Assembly: GCA_002269645.1 (NCBI GenBank)
Contig: NIVC01004610.1
Coordinates: 1-40,578, forward strand
Reading direction: 5' to 3'
Length of the DNA stretch: 40,578 bases
From: Macrostomum lignano
Taxonomy: Eukaryota
The number at the start of each line of letters is the position of its first letter. Positions within the stretch are counted from its first letter, which is position 1. This document shows, in pieces, positions 1-10,200 of the stretch. The notes beneath the pieces were generated by a model that worked only from the letters and a program-made list of their open reading frames with translations, did no database searches and was not told the DNA's origin. Both the position numbers and the translations under genes were made by a program.

Positions 1-581
1 CAACACTGAGTGAGGCGCAGGTGGCTGTCAGACCAGCTTCGAAAGCGATGATTTACGACCCAAAAAGCTGCGCTTATGTTATTATGACTACTAGTATGGC
101 CAGACATTATATCTAGTATAGATTCTATGACTATTCGCAAGAAAAAGGATAAAAATGCCCATTGCCCGCACTGTTAGTAGGCTAGTAAGTTCAGAGCCCA
201 TGTGCTAGCGCGGGATTTGGGAAAAAGTGCGTCCTCATCACTTTCAAATATTATATTTTATACAATTTTGTTATCACCTGATTAATATCTATATAATTTA
301 TTTTTGTAACCTATGGGCTAAACTGTTTTGCGCAATATCGCCAACTACATACATAATTTCACGCAATACTTGTTTAACTCCTTGCTTTTCTTTTACTTCG
401 TTAGTCGTCCAAAATTTCGTCAACAACATTTACGCGTTCTTTCAAAATACCATATTACAAAACTCGTACAATCGTAATTACATGTAAATAACTAATGCTA
501 AAATATTGCCTTCTGTTCCTGAAGTAATCTTAAATACACAGAAATATATTGGCCAAACAGGCTTCTTGCCTGAGCCAAACT

Positions 582-605
582 TACTACTACTACTACTACT
601 ACTAC
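582..605 (+). repeat. (TAC)8 microsatellite
   Basis: Eight perfect TAC units read directly. Confidence 0.9.
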
Positions 606-889
606 AATAGCATATCCAATAAAAATACTACTTAGCAGCTTTAGGACTGATACTATTCTTTCTTATGGTTCAGTTCCAGTCGAATCTGCTTGGTCGCGAA
701 ATTTTAAGGGTTCAAAAAAAAAATAAGTATTTATTTGCGTTTAAGTTTAATCATTGTCCATCTCTGCTGATTTTACACGTACGGATGCACAGATAATTTA
801 TGTACGACATAGATGTAGAATGTACCTTTGAAGCCCCCTTTTTTATCAAGAATTGTTGACTTACATTGACAATTGACTTAATTAATTAC

Positions 890-1420
890 ATACAGGAGGT
901 TCCGAGCAGGATGCAGCGATTGGAGGCGCGCGTTGTTGCCCCCCCCCATAATTAATACCGCATAGTGCTGCGGTGTCGCGCAGGGAGATGCCAATCCGGT
1001 GGTGCCGGTGACGTGCCGCGATCGTCCTAGAGAGTTCCAGTGCAGGAGAATGCACGGATGCATGGTCGCTCGCCCTCTGTAAGCTTTGGGATCAGACGAG
1101 CTGCATGCAGCCATAGGCAGAGAGATTCTCTAGTCTGAAATTTTTAACGTCGGAGAGGTCTGGTTTTGGGCCGAGGTAGGTGAGCCAGTCCTGAGTAAAG
1201 CCGGGCATTCACAGACGAAGTGCTTCGCATTCTCGACACCGGAGAGGCAGAATGGGCATTCCTCGCTACACATTTTTCCCTAGAGGTGGCGATGCGCGGG
1301 CAAAACAGCCATGACCCGAGAGGCGGGCCATGGGCCGGTCACCGCTCTTGATGTCCCTATGGTTGAGACCAAGCAAGGCCCTGCGAAGGGCGGGGGGAGG
1401 GCAGGGGACAGAGGACAGGA
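890..1420 (-). mobile_element. Degenerate 3' end of a non-LTR retrotransposon (C-terminal CCHC zinc knuckle plus 3' UTR)
   Basis: Frame-hopping translation gives LLGLNHRDI...LSGHGCF... then CPFCLSGVENAKHFVCECPA (C-x2-C-x8-H-x4-C), typical of R1/I/Jockey-group LINE ORF2 C-termini; stops and frameshifts present. Confidence 0.65.
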
Positions 1421-2851
1421 TTGCCGGCAGTCGGGGCGTTAGCCCACCTGATCTCCGGTGCTCTGAATTCACCGGCCGTAGGGCAACCAGTAAAAAATCC
1501 GGCCGAGCCAGTCTTGGCCAAGCGATCGGCCAACAAGAATGTTGTATACGCGACTTTAAGTGTTAAGAACTTAACTTACGGTTTAAAGAATGTACATGAG
1601 TAGTATTTGAATCCTTTCTTTTGGACGCCTAGGACTTCCTTCATTTCAATACACGCACGTACATACGATTTGTACAGCTGTCACGTTGTTGATGTAGTGG
1701 CTATGGCTATCGCTAGGACCCTTAAAAGGGCCGTTTTGACGAGAGTTGCCGTAAGTCGTAGTCCCAAAATGAATCGAAGTCAATTCTTGTAAAGCGGGTT
1801 GTGTAGCGGAGCACTTGGCGATAAAGGCAGGAAACTGCCGTAGTTGATTTATTGTTGAGATCAATATTAGGACTGGTTACTGACAATATAAAACTTATAG
1901 CGTTATGGGCACTGGCGGCTGCAACAATGGTTTTGAAGGCAATAGAATATGAAGTCAGTGGCAGACGAAGGATACAATGGCGACGCAACGCGGTGAGTAA
2001 TGGCGTTGAGCACAGTGAAGGCGGTGAGTAGCAAGTAGACAGGCAGATGAGTAGTGGCGAGATTGGCGTTAGCCGTGGTGGCACACAGTGAAGTAACAGT
2101 GTAAACAGGCTGGCCCAAACAGAGGGGCCGTGGCGAGAGATAAGGAGGCTTGAGGCAGCCAGACAGTCTAGACAGGGGGCCGCGAAGACAGAAGGGACGC
2201 GATGGCAAGAAGGTGAAAAACCCCCAGCCCGCCGCCAGGCGGAGGCTAATAAAGGAGCGCAAAGGGTTAGCATAAAACACGGAGAGTTATCATTGGCTGG
2301 CGGGGGAACTTGAAATTATCGATCGTGCAAGTTTTCTACGGTCGCGCGAAAGGATAGCAAAGTACGTGGTGAATTAGCGATTGACACAGATTCGTTGCGC
2401 GCTACTACAAGTAAACGTTAGAATAAACGATTGGAAAATTTAAAATGAGAAACTGCAGAGAAACTGCAATCCAACGGCCCTTTTGAGGACACACCCCAAA
2501 ATGACAACGTCACACAGCGGTTAGGGCTGGTGGAATATATATTTTGTGCTGTGTAAAAGTGTAATAATAATACTAATTAAGACTTTTAACACTGAAAATA
2601 ATTAGAAAAAACAACTAATTACACAAGAGTTTACCCTTTACAATCAGATACATTTTACGAATGTACATGTAAATAGAGAATAAAAAGAATATATATGTAG
2701 TAACTTGTTGAGTATTCAGTACGCACAGGAACGCATCATAGTATATCTACATGTAAATGTGAACGTACTTTAAAGCGCGCACTTAAAATAAATAGACATC
2801 ACTTACAACAACAACAACAACAGAGTACGCTGCCAGTTCACAAAAGCAGCG

Positions 2852-5800
2852 TCAGATGGCGCGCTTCAAAGCTTGGGCGCGAACAAAAGCCGCACCGCCG
2901 GCAGAGTCCGGGGCGCCGGCGTCAGCCAGCAGACAGTCGACGTAGCGCCGAGTCTTCGCCTGTCCCCGCCGGTAGGGTGCCTGCAACGTAAGTAGCAGCA
3001 CCTCCTGCACCGGCTCCGGACAGTAGGCCTCGGCGCGGATGACGTGGCCTGCCAGCTGGAGTCGCCGACGGCGCAGCAGATCGCTAGGACGGGCCAGGCC
3101 GGCGCGATGATAGAGCGCCGTGTTGGTGACTCGCTCGTTGCCGATCTTGAAGGCGGCGCGCAGCAGGCCAGCGTGCGCCGCGTCGACTTGAGCCTCGAGC
3201 GAGTCTGTCAGCGTCCAGGTCTCGGCGTTGTATAACAGGACGGTCTCGATCACCGCCTGGAACAGCGCCGCCCTCTGGCGGTCCGGTAGGGCCTCGGACT
3301 GCAGGACTGACCTTATAGAACGAAAGGCAGCCCAAGCAAGTCCTCGGCGACGCCGCAGATCCTCGCGGACGTCGGGAACCAGACCGCCGAGGTAGACGAA
3401 CTGCTGACATCTTGGAAGCTCACTCGCCTGTCCGTCAGCGCCTCGGCAGAAGATTGCAGCCTCGGTGTCGTCCGGCACGCATAGCACGACGGTCTTCTGC
3501 GTGTTGACCACCAGGCCGACGCTCGCCGCAACGGCAACCAGCCTATCCAGCTGTCGTTGGGCGCCCTCGACGGTCGAGGACAGCAGGGCGAGGTCATCGG
3601 CGTAGCCAAGCACGCTGAGCCGTCTCTCCGGTTGGCGTCGACCCACGCGTCGCCGCAGCAGGAAGCCGTCGTCGTTGGAAGGCAGAGCAGTCCGTAGCAC
3701 CCAGTCAAGCACCAGAATAAATAGGAACGGCGCTAGCGTATCTCCCTGGAGCACCCCGGAGGATGTCTCGAAGAAATCCGATAGGCCGTCCGGTGTTGAG
3801 ACAGCAGCCGTCGTGCCGTGGTACAGCGCCATGACAGCAGAAATCAGCAGCTCTGGCACGTTGTACGCACGGAGCACCTCTGGGAGCGCGTCCCTCACGA
3901 CCGAGTCGAAAGCCTTCCTGAAATCGACGAAGATCAGGATCAGGGTCAACTGGCGGATGCGCGCCTCCTCGATGACTCGTCGAAGAGCCAGGATCTGCGT
4001 CACTGTGCCGCGATGGGGCCGGAATCCGTTCTGCTCAGGTCGCAGGTACGGGTCCAGCACAGGCTGTAACCGCGATAGCAGCATGCGGTTGAACAGCTTC
4101 GCGGCGCAGGACTGTAGGCAGATGCCTCGATGCTCCTCGAGCTTGGTGGTGCCCGGCTTCTTTGGAATGGCGACGATGTGCGCCGTGGTCCATTCGTTTG
4201 GCGCCACCTCACCGAAAAGCACGCGGTTCATCACTCTGGCGACCTCAGTGGCCACGCAGTGGATCCGCAGCGCCTCGGTGGGCACCTCGTCCGGACCAAG
4301 CGCTTTGCCGCCTGGCGACTGCCGAGCGAACTTCACAACGTCGGCTGTGCTGACTGGGGCAACATTGAAGCTCTCCTCCGCCGGCAACGGCGTCTCCGGC
4401 GGCAGCCTCAGATTTTCTGGAAGCGGAGGGGGCGGCGCGTTGACAATGGCGGCGAAGAACTCGCGCAGCTCGTTCCTGCGCTCATCCGGAGTGTCGCCTG
4501 CCAGGTTGAGCGCGATGCGCCGCTTTCGCCCCGTCAGAGTGTTGATGGCGGACCAGGCCACGCGCCCTCTGGCATCGGGCCCTGCGGCAGAGACGGCTTG
4601 GATGGCGTCATCGACAGCGGACTGCTGCCGCTGCAGGTAGACAGCCGCCAGAGCCTCCTCCGCCTCGCGAGTTGGCCGCCCACTCAGTCGGAGCCTCTCC
4701 AGATCTTCCCTCGCTTCGTCGATCGCGGGGTCGTCCTGCCAGACCGGCTGCCCGCGCTGGGCCGGTCGCATCAGCGGGACTGCTTGCTCCGCAGCGGCTC
4801 GAACTGCAGCGCTCACCTCCGCGTACTCGGCTCCTCCACGCTTGTCGCCCAGCGCAGTGACAAAGGCACCGGCAAAGCGACGTCGCGTCTCGGCGTCCCT
4901 GAGCGCGCGGTAGTAGCGCCGCGGTGGCCGCTTTGGCGGACGGTAGAGCGGGTCCCGAAGCCGAAGGTCGCAGATGAGCAGCCGATGGTCGGACCGCAGA
5001 GCCAGCGGCGTAATGGTGTGGCAGTTGGTGACGCGGCGGCGCTCACGAAAGCGCACAAGCACGTGGTCGAGCTGTGCCAGCCTCCGCGTAGCGTTCCGGC
5101 CGCGCGCGTTCCGCCGCCTCCGCTTGCAGCCCACGAAGGTCGCGAGCCTGCCCGGTGACTTGCGGAATCTGGTGTTGGCCGACACCATGTCCTGTCTCTC
5201 CAGGAAGTCCTCTAGCGCTCCGGTGTTGCCGTTCTCGCGCGCTGTCACAAACAGCGATCGCTCGGACCTACGCAGAACTGCGTTCAGGTCTCCGAGAATG
5301 ACCACTGTGTCACGTTGCGCCATCTCCTCCACCCGCACCGAGAGTTGCTCGAAGAAGGCCTGAGCCTCATCGGAGCGGGTAGCAGGCGGCGCATACGCGC
5401 AGAACAGGCGGGTGTTCCGGCCGCGAAGCCGGACGTCGACCCGAAGCAGCCGAGAAGACAGGGAGATGCAGCGACAGCTCTGCTGCAGCCTCGGTCCGAT
5501 CAGCGCTCCAACTCCTCCACGGCCTCGCTCATCCGCTGAGGTGTACCAGAGTGTCCAACCGGCGCCCAGGTCCTCACAGTGAAGTCCGGGGTCGGCTCTG
5601 ATAGACACCTCCTGTAGTGCGATGACATCACAGCTGAGGTCGAGCGCTAGCCTCGCCAGCAGCCCTCTCCGCCATGTGGCCTTGAGAGTGCGGCAGTTCA
5701 GCGTCCCGACCCGAAGCGTGCCCTCTGGTACGGCTGGGGCTCGATGCTGGTGAGCCTCATGGTCCCCGGCGCCACCCGGAAGATCCAATTGGGCCAGCGC

Positions 5801-5968
5801 AGCAGCAGCTCGGCGGGCGGCGCCACGTTGCCGACCTCGCCAGTTTCGCTCGCGACGGCGTTCAACTCGCCGACGCGCGCTCCGCTGCCCTCGCTTGGTC
5901 CTGCCGCATTTGGCCGCCGCAGCAGTTAAGCGCGGCTCTCCACTCTCACCACGAGGAGGTAGCGGCAT
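2852..5968 (-). CDS. APE endonuclease + reverse transcriptase polyprotein (1038 aa)
   Basis: APE motifs GTLNCRTL, IALQEV, YAP, ILGDLNA, LDHVLV, SDHRLL; RT motifs GPDEVP, QNGFRPHRGT, VDFRKAFDSV, GVLQGDTLAPFLF, YADD. Confidence 0.95.
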   Translation of the reverse strand: MPLPPRGESGEPRLTAAAAKCGRTKRGQRSARRRVERRRERNWRGRQRGAARRAAAALAQLDLPGGAGDHEAHQHRAPAVPEGTLRVGTLNCRTLKATWRRGLLARLALDLSCDVIALQEVSIRADPGLHCEDLGAGWTLWYTSADERGRGGVGALIGPRLQQSCRCISLSSRLLRVDVRLRGRNTRLFCAYAPPATRSDEAQAFFEQLSVRVEEMAQRDTVVILGDLNAVLRRSERSLFVTARENGNTGALEDFLERQDMVSANTRFRKSPGRLATFVGCKRRRRNARGRNATRRLAQLDHVLVRFRERRRVTNCHTITPLALRSDHRLLICDLRLRDPLYRPPKRPPRRYYRALRDAETRRRFAGAFVTALGDKRGGAEYAEVSAAVRAAAEQAVPLMRPAQRGQPVWQDDPAIDEAREDLERLRLSGRPTREAEEALAAVYLQRQQSAVDDAIQAVSAAGPDARGRVAWSAINTLTGRKRRIALNLAGDTPDERRNELREFFAAIVNAPPPPLPENLRLPPETPLPAEESFNVAPVSTADVVKFARQSPGGKALGPDEVPTEALRIHCVATEVARVMNRVLFGEVAPNEWTTAHIVAIPKKPGTTKLEEHRGICLQSCAAKLFNRMLLSRLQPVLDPYLRPEQNGFRPHRGTVTQILALRRVIEEARIRQLTLILIFVDFRKAFDSVVRDALPEVLRAYNVPELLISAVMALYHGTTAAVSTPDGLSDFFETSSGVLQGDTLAPFLFILVLDWVLRTALPSNDDGFLLRRRVGRRQPERRLSVLGYADDLALLSSTVEGAQRQLDRLVAVAASVGLVVNTQKTVVLCVPDDTEAAIFCRGADGQASELPRCQQFVYLGGLVPDVREDLRRRRGLAWAAFRSIRSVLQSEALPDRQRAALFQAVIETVLLYNAETWTLTDSLEAQVDAAHAGLLRAAFKIGNERVTNTALYHRAGLARPSDLLRRRRLQLAGHVIRAEAYCPEPVQEVLLLTLQAPYRRGQAKTRRYVDCLLADAGAPDSAGGAAFVRAQALKRAI

Positions 5969-5984
5969 TTATCTGCACCGTGGT

Positions 5985-6063
5985 GCAAATAAATTAAGAC
6001 GCAAATAAATTAAGACGCAAATAAATTAAGACGCAAATAAATTAAGACGCAAATAAATTAAGA
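5985..6063 (+). repeat. 16-bp tandem repeat GCAAATAAATTAAGAC x ~5 at the 5' end of the RTE
   Basis: Four perfect units and one 15/16 unit read directly. Confidence 0.9.
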
Positions 6064-6317
6064 AATTATCACTTAAAATGTAAGCATACAGTACATATAG
6101 AAATTAAGAAATTTCATTTCATCTCCAAGGTGCATGCATCAGCGCGGAAGGATTTATTTGGCTTGCAGGTTAAATTCTTCCAGAAATTTGCCCTTAAGTT
6201 TGCGCTTCAGACTTGACTGTGGATGCGAGAAGAATTTTTTGCTTGCTTTTACGTACATGCATATTACGCCAACGCTGATGCCTGTACAATGTACATGTAA
6301 CTAAATTGCATTGCACT

Positions 6318-6853
6318 AGAGGCGCCAGCACCAGAGGCGCCAGCACCAGAGGCGCCAGCACCAGAGGCGCCAGCACCAGAGGCGCCAGCACCAGAGGCGC
6401 CAGCACCAGAGGCGCCAGCACCAGAGGCGCCAGCACCAGAGGCGCCAGCACCAGAGGCGCCAGCACCAGAGGCGCCAGCACCAGAGGCGCCAGCACCAGA
6501 GGCGCCAGCACCAGAGGCGCCAGCACCAGAGGCGCCAGCACCAGAGGCGCCAGCACCAGAGGCGCCAGCACCAGAGGCGCCAGCACCAGAGGCGCCAGCA
6601 CCAGAGGCGCCAGCACCAGAGGCGCCAGCACCAGAGGCGCCAGCACCAGAGGCGCCAGCACCAGAGGCGCCAGCACCAGAGGCGCCAGCACCAGAGGCGC
6701 CAGCACCAGAGGCGCCAGCACCAGAGGCGCCAGCACCAGAGGCGCCAGCACCAGAGGCGCCAGCACCAGAGGCGCCAGCACCAGAGGCGCCAGCACCAGA
6801 GGCGCCAGCACCAGAGGCGCCAGCACCAGAGGCGCCAGCACCAGAGGCGCCAG
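6318..6853. repeat. 15-bp minisatellite (AGAGGCGCCAGCACC) x ~36
   Basis: Homogeneous tandem array starting ~20 bp past the stop codon of the Ank-cGLR gene. Confidence 0.95.
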
Positions 6854-6872
6854 TGATATGTGATACGTGAAA

Positions 6873-7292
6873 CTAATTGAGAAAAACAGTTTGCATCGAT
6901 AGGTTTCTTACCGATGTACTTATCACGCCAGCCAACTTGCAGTGCACTGTTCTCGACTGCACCAGCGTATCCTTGTGCTCGATAACCAATCGGACTAGCA
7001 GATCTTCACGGTCCTCTCGCGCCTTGCAATGCTCAATTAACAAGTCAATCTCGCTAGCGTCCATCTCAGCGTCCAGCATGTCCGTGAACCAGCCGCGAAT
7101 GCGTTTCTCTTGATTTTCGTCCGGCACTTCTTCGGACAGGCCACAGTCGCTCAGCAGCTGCAGATAGAGACTCTTGGCTAGAGCGTCGAAGTTTGCAGCG
7201 TAGAAGTCGTCGTACCGGAGCAGACGCCTCGGAAACTGGATGACGCCAGTTGGCAAAAAGTCAAATCGGAACGGCAGGGCGTGTGGTGCTTC
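6873..7292 (-). CDS. Ank-cGLR putative last exon
   Basis: Acceptor TTTCATCACAG|GAA (phase 0) into ORF 6873..7331; protein-like composition. Less certain than the other exons. Confidence 0.6.
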   Translation of the reverse strand, partial: EAPHALPFRFDFLPTGVIQFPRRLLRYDDFYAANFDALAKSLYLQLLSDCGLSEEVPDENQEKRIRGWFTDMLDAEMDASEIDLLIEHCKAREDREDLLVRLVIEHKDTLVQSRTVHCKLAGVISTSVRNLSMQTVFLN

Positions 7293-10200
7293 CTGTGATG
7301 AAATATTGGTTTTGATGGTGTTGAGCATCAACCATGTAGCGCATCAACTCACTGTACGGCACTGAACTACTCTGTAAGGCCCTGTTTGGACTGAACCGCT
7401 GGGACGGCTGGGCGGTCACCATGGCGCTCACCATAGCGCTCACCAGGCTATTGCTGCTTCGCTAGGCATCGCTACCTCCAGGGAAAATCCTTAGTGAGGA
7501 ATGAGGAAATGCCCTTTTTACCTCCCCGGTGCTGAGAATGTCGAGCACAATTCTTCCGTGAATGCCCTGCCATTAGCTCGGCCCAAAACCGGATCTCTCC
7601 GACGCGTTCAGATCAAAGAATTTCTGCCAGCACCAGCACTGCGGACACAGGACCTACCGGATCTTCCCGCGCGACACCACAGCACCAGCTTCAAGTTGTT
7701 ACCATGCAGGGGTTGGCGGAATAGGCGTCAACCACCCCGCTGCTCATACGAGCGTAGCCCCTGCAGCTACGAGTATGTAAGATGAAGCATTTACTCTAGC
7801 TCGAAAAATAGCCTTGAACGTTTTATGGCCTAATCTCAATAATGACATGTCAATAAGGCATGTAGCTTTGTAGCATGTAGCATGTAGCATGTAGCTTTGT
7901 AGTAATAAGGCATGTAGCATGTAGCTTTCCCTCTTAAGCGTACATGTAAAAAACAATTTCAAGATTAATTCGTGACTACTTAGGCTCTAAACAATGAATG
8001 GTACACTGAATGGCAACTAAAATTTTGCTTGAAATTAATCACCTGGACAAAGCAGAACCGCCACGCCGAGTCATTTTTTAGCAGACAGTGCTGCACAGAC
8101 GATTCGCTGTGCATGCTAAAGCTGCTGTAGTGCAGAGGAATGCCACGCAGCGGCCGATGACCAGATAGAAGCAGCTGAGACAGTTTCTGCAGCGCCTCGC
8201 CTGGCTGATTGAATCGCATATAGGCCAGGGCGGCGAGGCATTCGCGCGTCGTGCGAGCATAGTCAGGCAGTTGCTGGATGTCGTTCAGTAGCGCGTTCAA
8301 ATTTATCCGACAGTGGACTCCAGCCCCGACAGATAATTCGCGAAGGAAATGCCGCACACGCTCGTGCAGCTCGTGGTACTTCGGCTGGGCGGTAGGCTTA
8401 GATTGTGGCGGCTTCTGTCGGGCGGAGTCCTTAGAGCCGAGAATCTGTTTAATCTGCTTACTGCGAGGTAGCAGCATAAACGGATGATAATCTAGTGCCG
8501 CGTTGGGCCTCAGCGGCTGCAAGTGACCTAAAAACTCAGTGAGAACTTGGTCAAGGCTATTCCTGACATCTAGAACCGCTCTCAGAGTAGGTCGCTTGTC
8601 ATCTGCGCTGCTCGGTAAATTGTTCGACCGCTTCAGGTACAGTGGTGAATCGTTGAAGAAGAAACTATGCATGCCGATTCCAGGACCAGTACGTCGCAGG
8701 TCCTCAGCTAGCTTGTCCAACGCCTCAGCCGTTAGTTCCGGAAGTCGTTCCGGTCGCCATTGGTCCGGCGGTGTCTCCCGCAACATGCGAAATGCGAGAG
8801 TCTTGGCGTGGAATGATTTTAATTGTCCGCCACGTTTGTTGATGACCCGTTTGAATAGGTACTTCAGAATTGTGTACAGTTGACCCTGCATAAAGTACAG
8901 AGATTAACTGCCTAATTTCAGGAATTTAGAGAGCATAACTTTATGCACTGTTAGACAGAACATGTACTTTAATTTTTACCTGTACATCGGTAAAGCTGCG
9001 TACTAACAACAGTTCCAACCATTTAGTGCTGATCCGCAACTGCTTGCCTTCCATATCCGGTAGGGATGCACCAACAAGTGGACAAGCGTTGGGCAGCTCT
9101 GTCGCTTCTCTGAGCTGTTTAAGTAGCTGGGGAGATAGGTAGCCTGGAGATTCAAAAATGTCTACTTTGGGATAGGCGCAACAGCAGTACATCAGAGCCA
9201 TGTCCATCGCGGGACGCCCCAGACAGCCGTATTGGGTGCGTGCCGGATGAGCCGCTGCAATGATAATTAACATTTCTTCTAAGGTATTTAATAATGTATA
9301 TACTTGCTGTTAATTTTGGTTTAAGTATTCAAAAGTACAAGCTGAACTTTAGTTCAGAAAATTATAGAGCAACTCACCGTAGCCAGAAAACCAAACGTGC
9401 CCCTTTTCGTACTTAAGAGTTGTCTTATCCTCGTTTTCAGTGTTTGCCGCTAACTCATCAGCCCTTTCGTCGCTAGTTTCAGCAGCTGATTTGTTAATGC
9501 TCTTCACACCGACATCACTGTTGCATTGGCACTTTCCCGATAAATGATACAACCGATCGTCCACGTATTCCGATATGTCGATATCCGAGTCTTCGTCCAC
9601 TCGACCACCCAGTCGACAAACTGAGCTGCCCCAGCCTTCGGCGAAGCTGCCGCACAGATGCAACCGCTTGGACGATTCATTATTTGAATAGTTACTTATG
9701 AGTCCTTGCAAGTGATCGGCAACGGCAGCTTGTAGCGAGGCTCGACCATAAACGAATCCAGAATCGACCAGAGCTTTGTGAAGGCGAAGACCGCTTTGTA
9801 AAGTAGAATTTTGGATGCAGAATAAAATTTATTATTGAAGTGATTCATGTAGTTTATCATGTGGCTAGATAGAAAAGAGGTTGTAAATACACATATAAAC
9901 AATTAAATGCGTCAACGCATTTGATAAGATACGAGCGTTGAAATCTTGTATCAAGATATGTACATGTGTGACGGTGTCCCTTCGGTCGTTATTATATTTG
10001 GGGGTTAATCACTTTCTGTAATCATTCGGGACATCTATTAAAGTGTAATTTAACATCTGCTCACGCTGCTTAAGAAAGGTTTGTAAGAGTAGCGTAGGAA
10101 ATTGGCTGACATTTGTTTTACCATTTAAGTTTTGCAACTATACGAGCTATAAACATTGAATTAGAACTCAAATTGCATTAACCTGAGTCATTTAGGCTTC

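Larger units (their letters stand above)
2806..6067 (-). mobile_element. RTE-clade non-LTR retrotransposon, apparently intact and recent
   Basis: Single APE+RT ORF, (TTG)n 3' tail (CAA repeats at 2806-2822 on +), flanked by the direct repeat ATCACTTA at 2798-2805 and 6068-6075 (candidate TSD). Confidence 0.85.

Noticed and set aside
1675-2520. Weak inverted similarity (CCTTAAAAGGGCCGTT / AACGGCCCTTTTGAGG) suggesting an old non-autonomous transposon
   Set aside because: Match is short and degenerate, with no TSD identifiable.
3044-5929. Many overlapping and antisense ORFs (up to 342 aa) over the RTE
   Set aside because: Shadow ORFs of a GC-rich coding sequence; no motifs.
6194-6863. ORFs of LAPLV / ASTRG repeats, and a GASGA-repeat extension in frame beyond the Ank-cGLR stop
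   Set aside because: The 15-bp unit has no stop in any frame, so open frames are automatic; no independent evidence of coding or readthrough.
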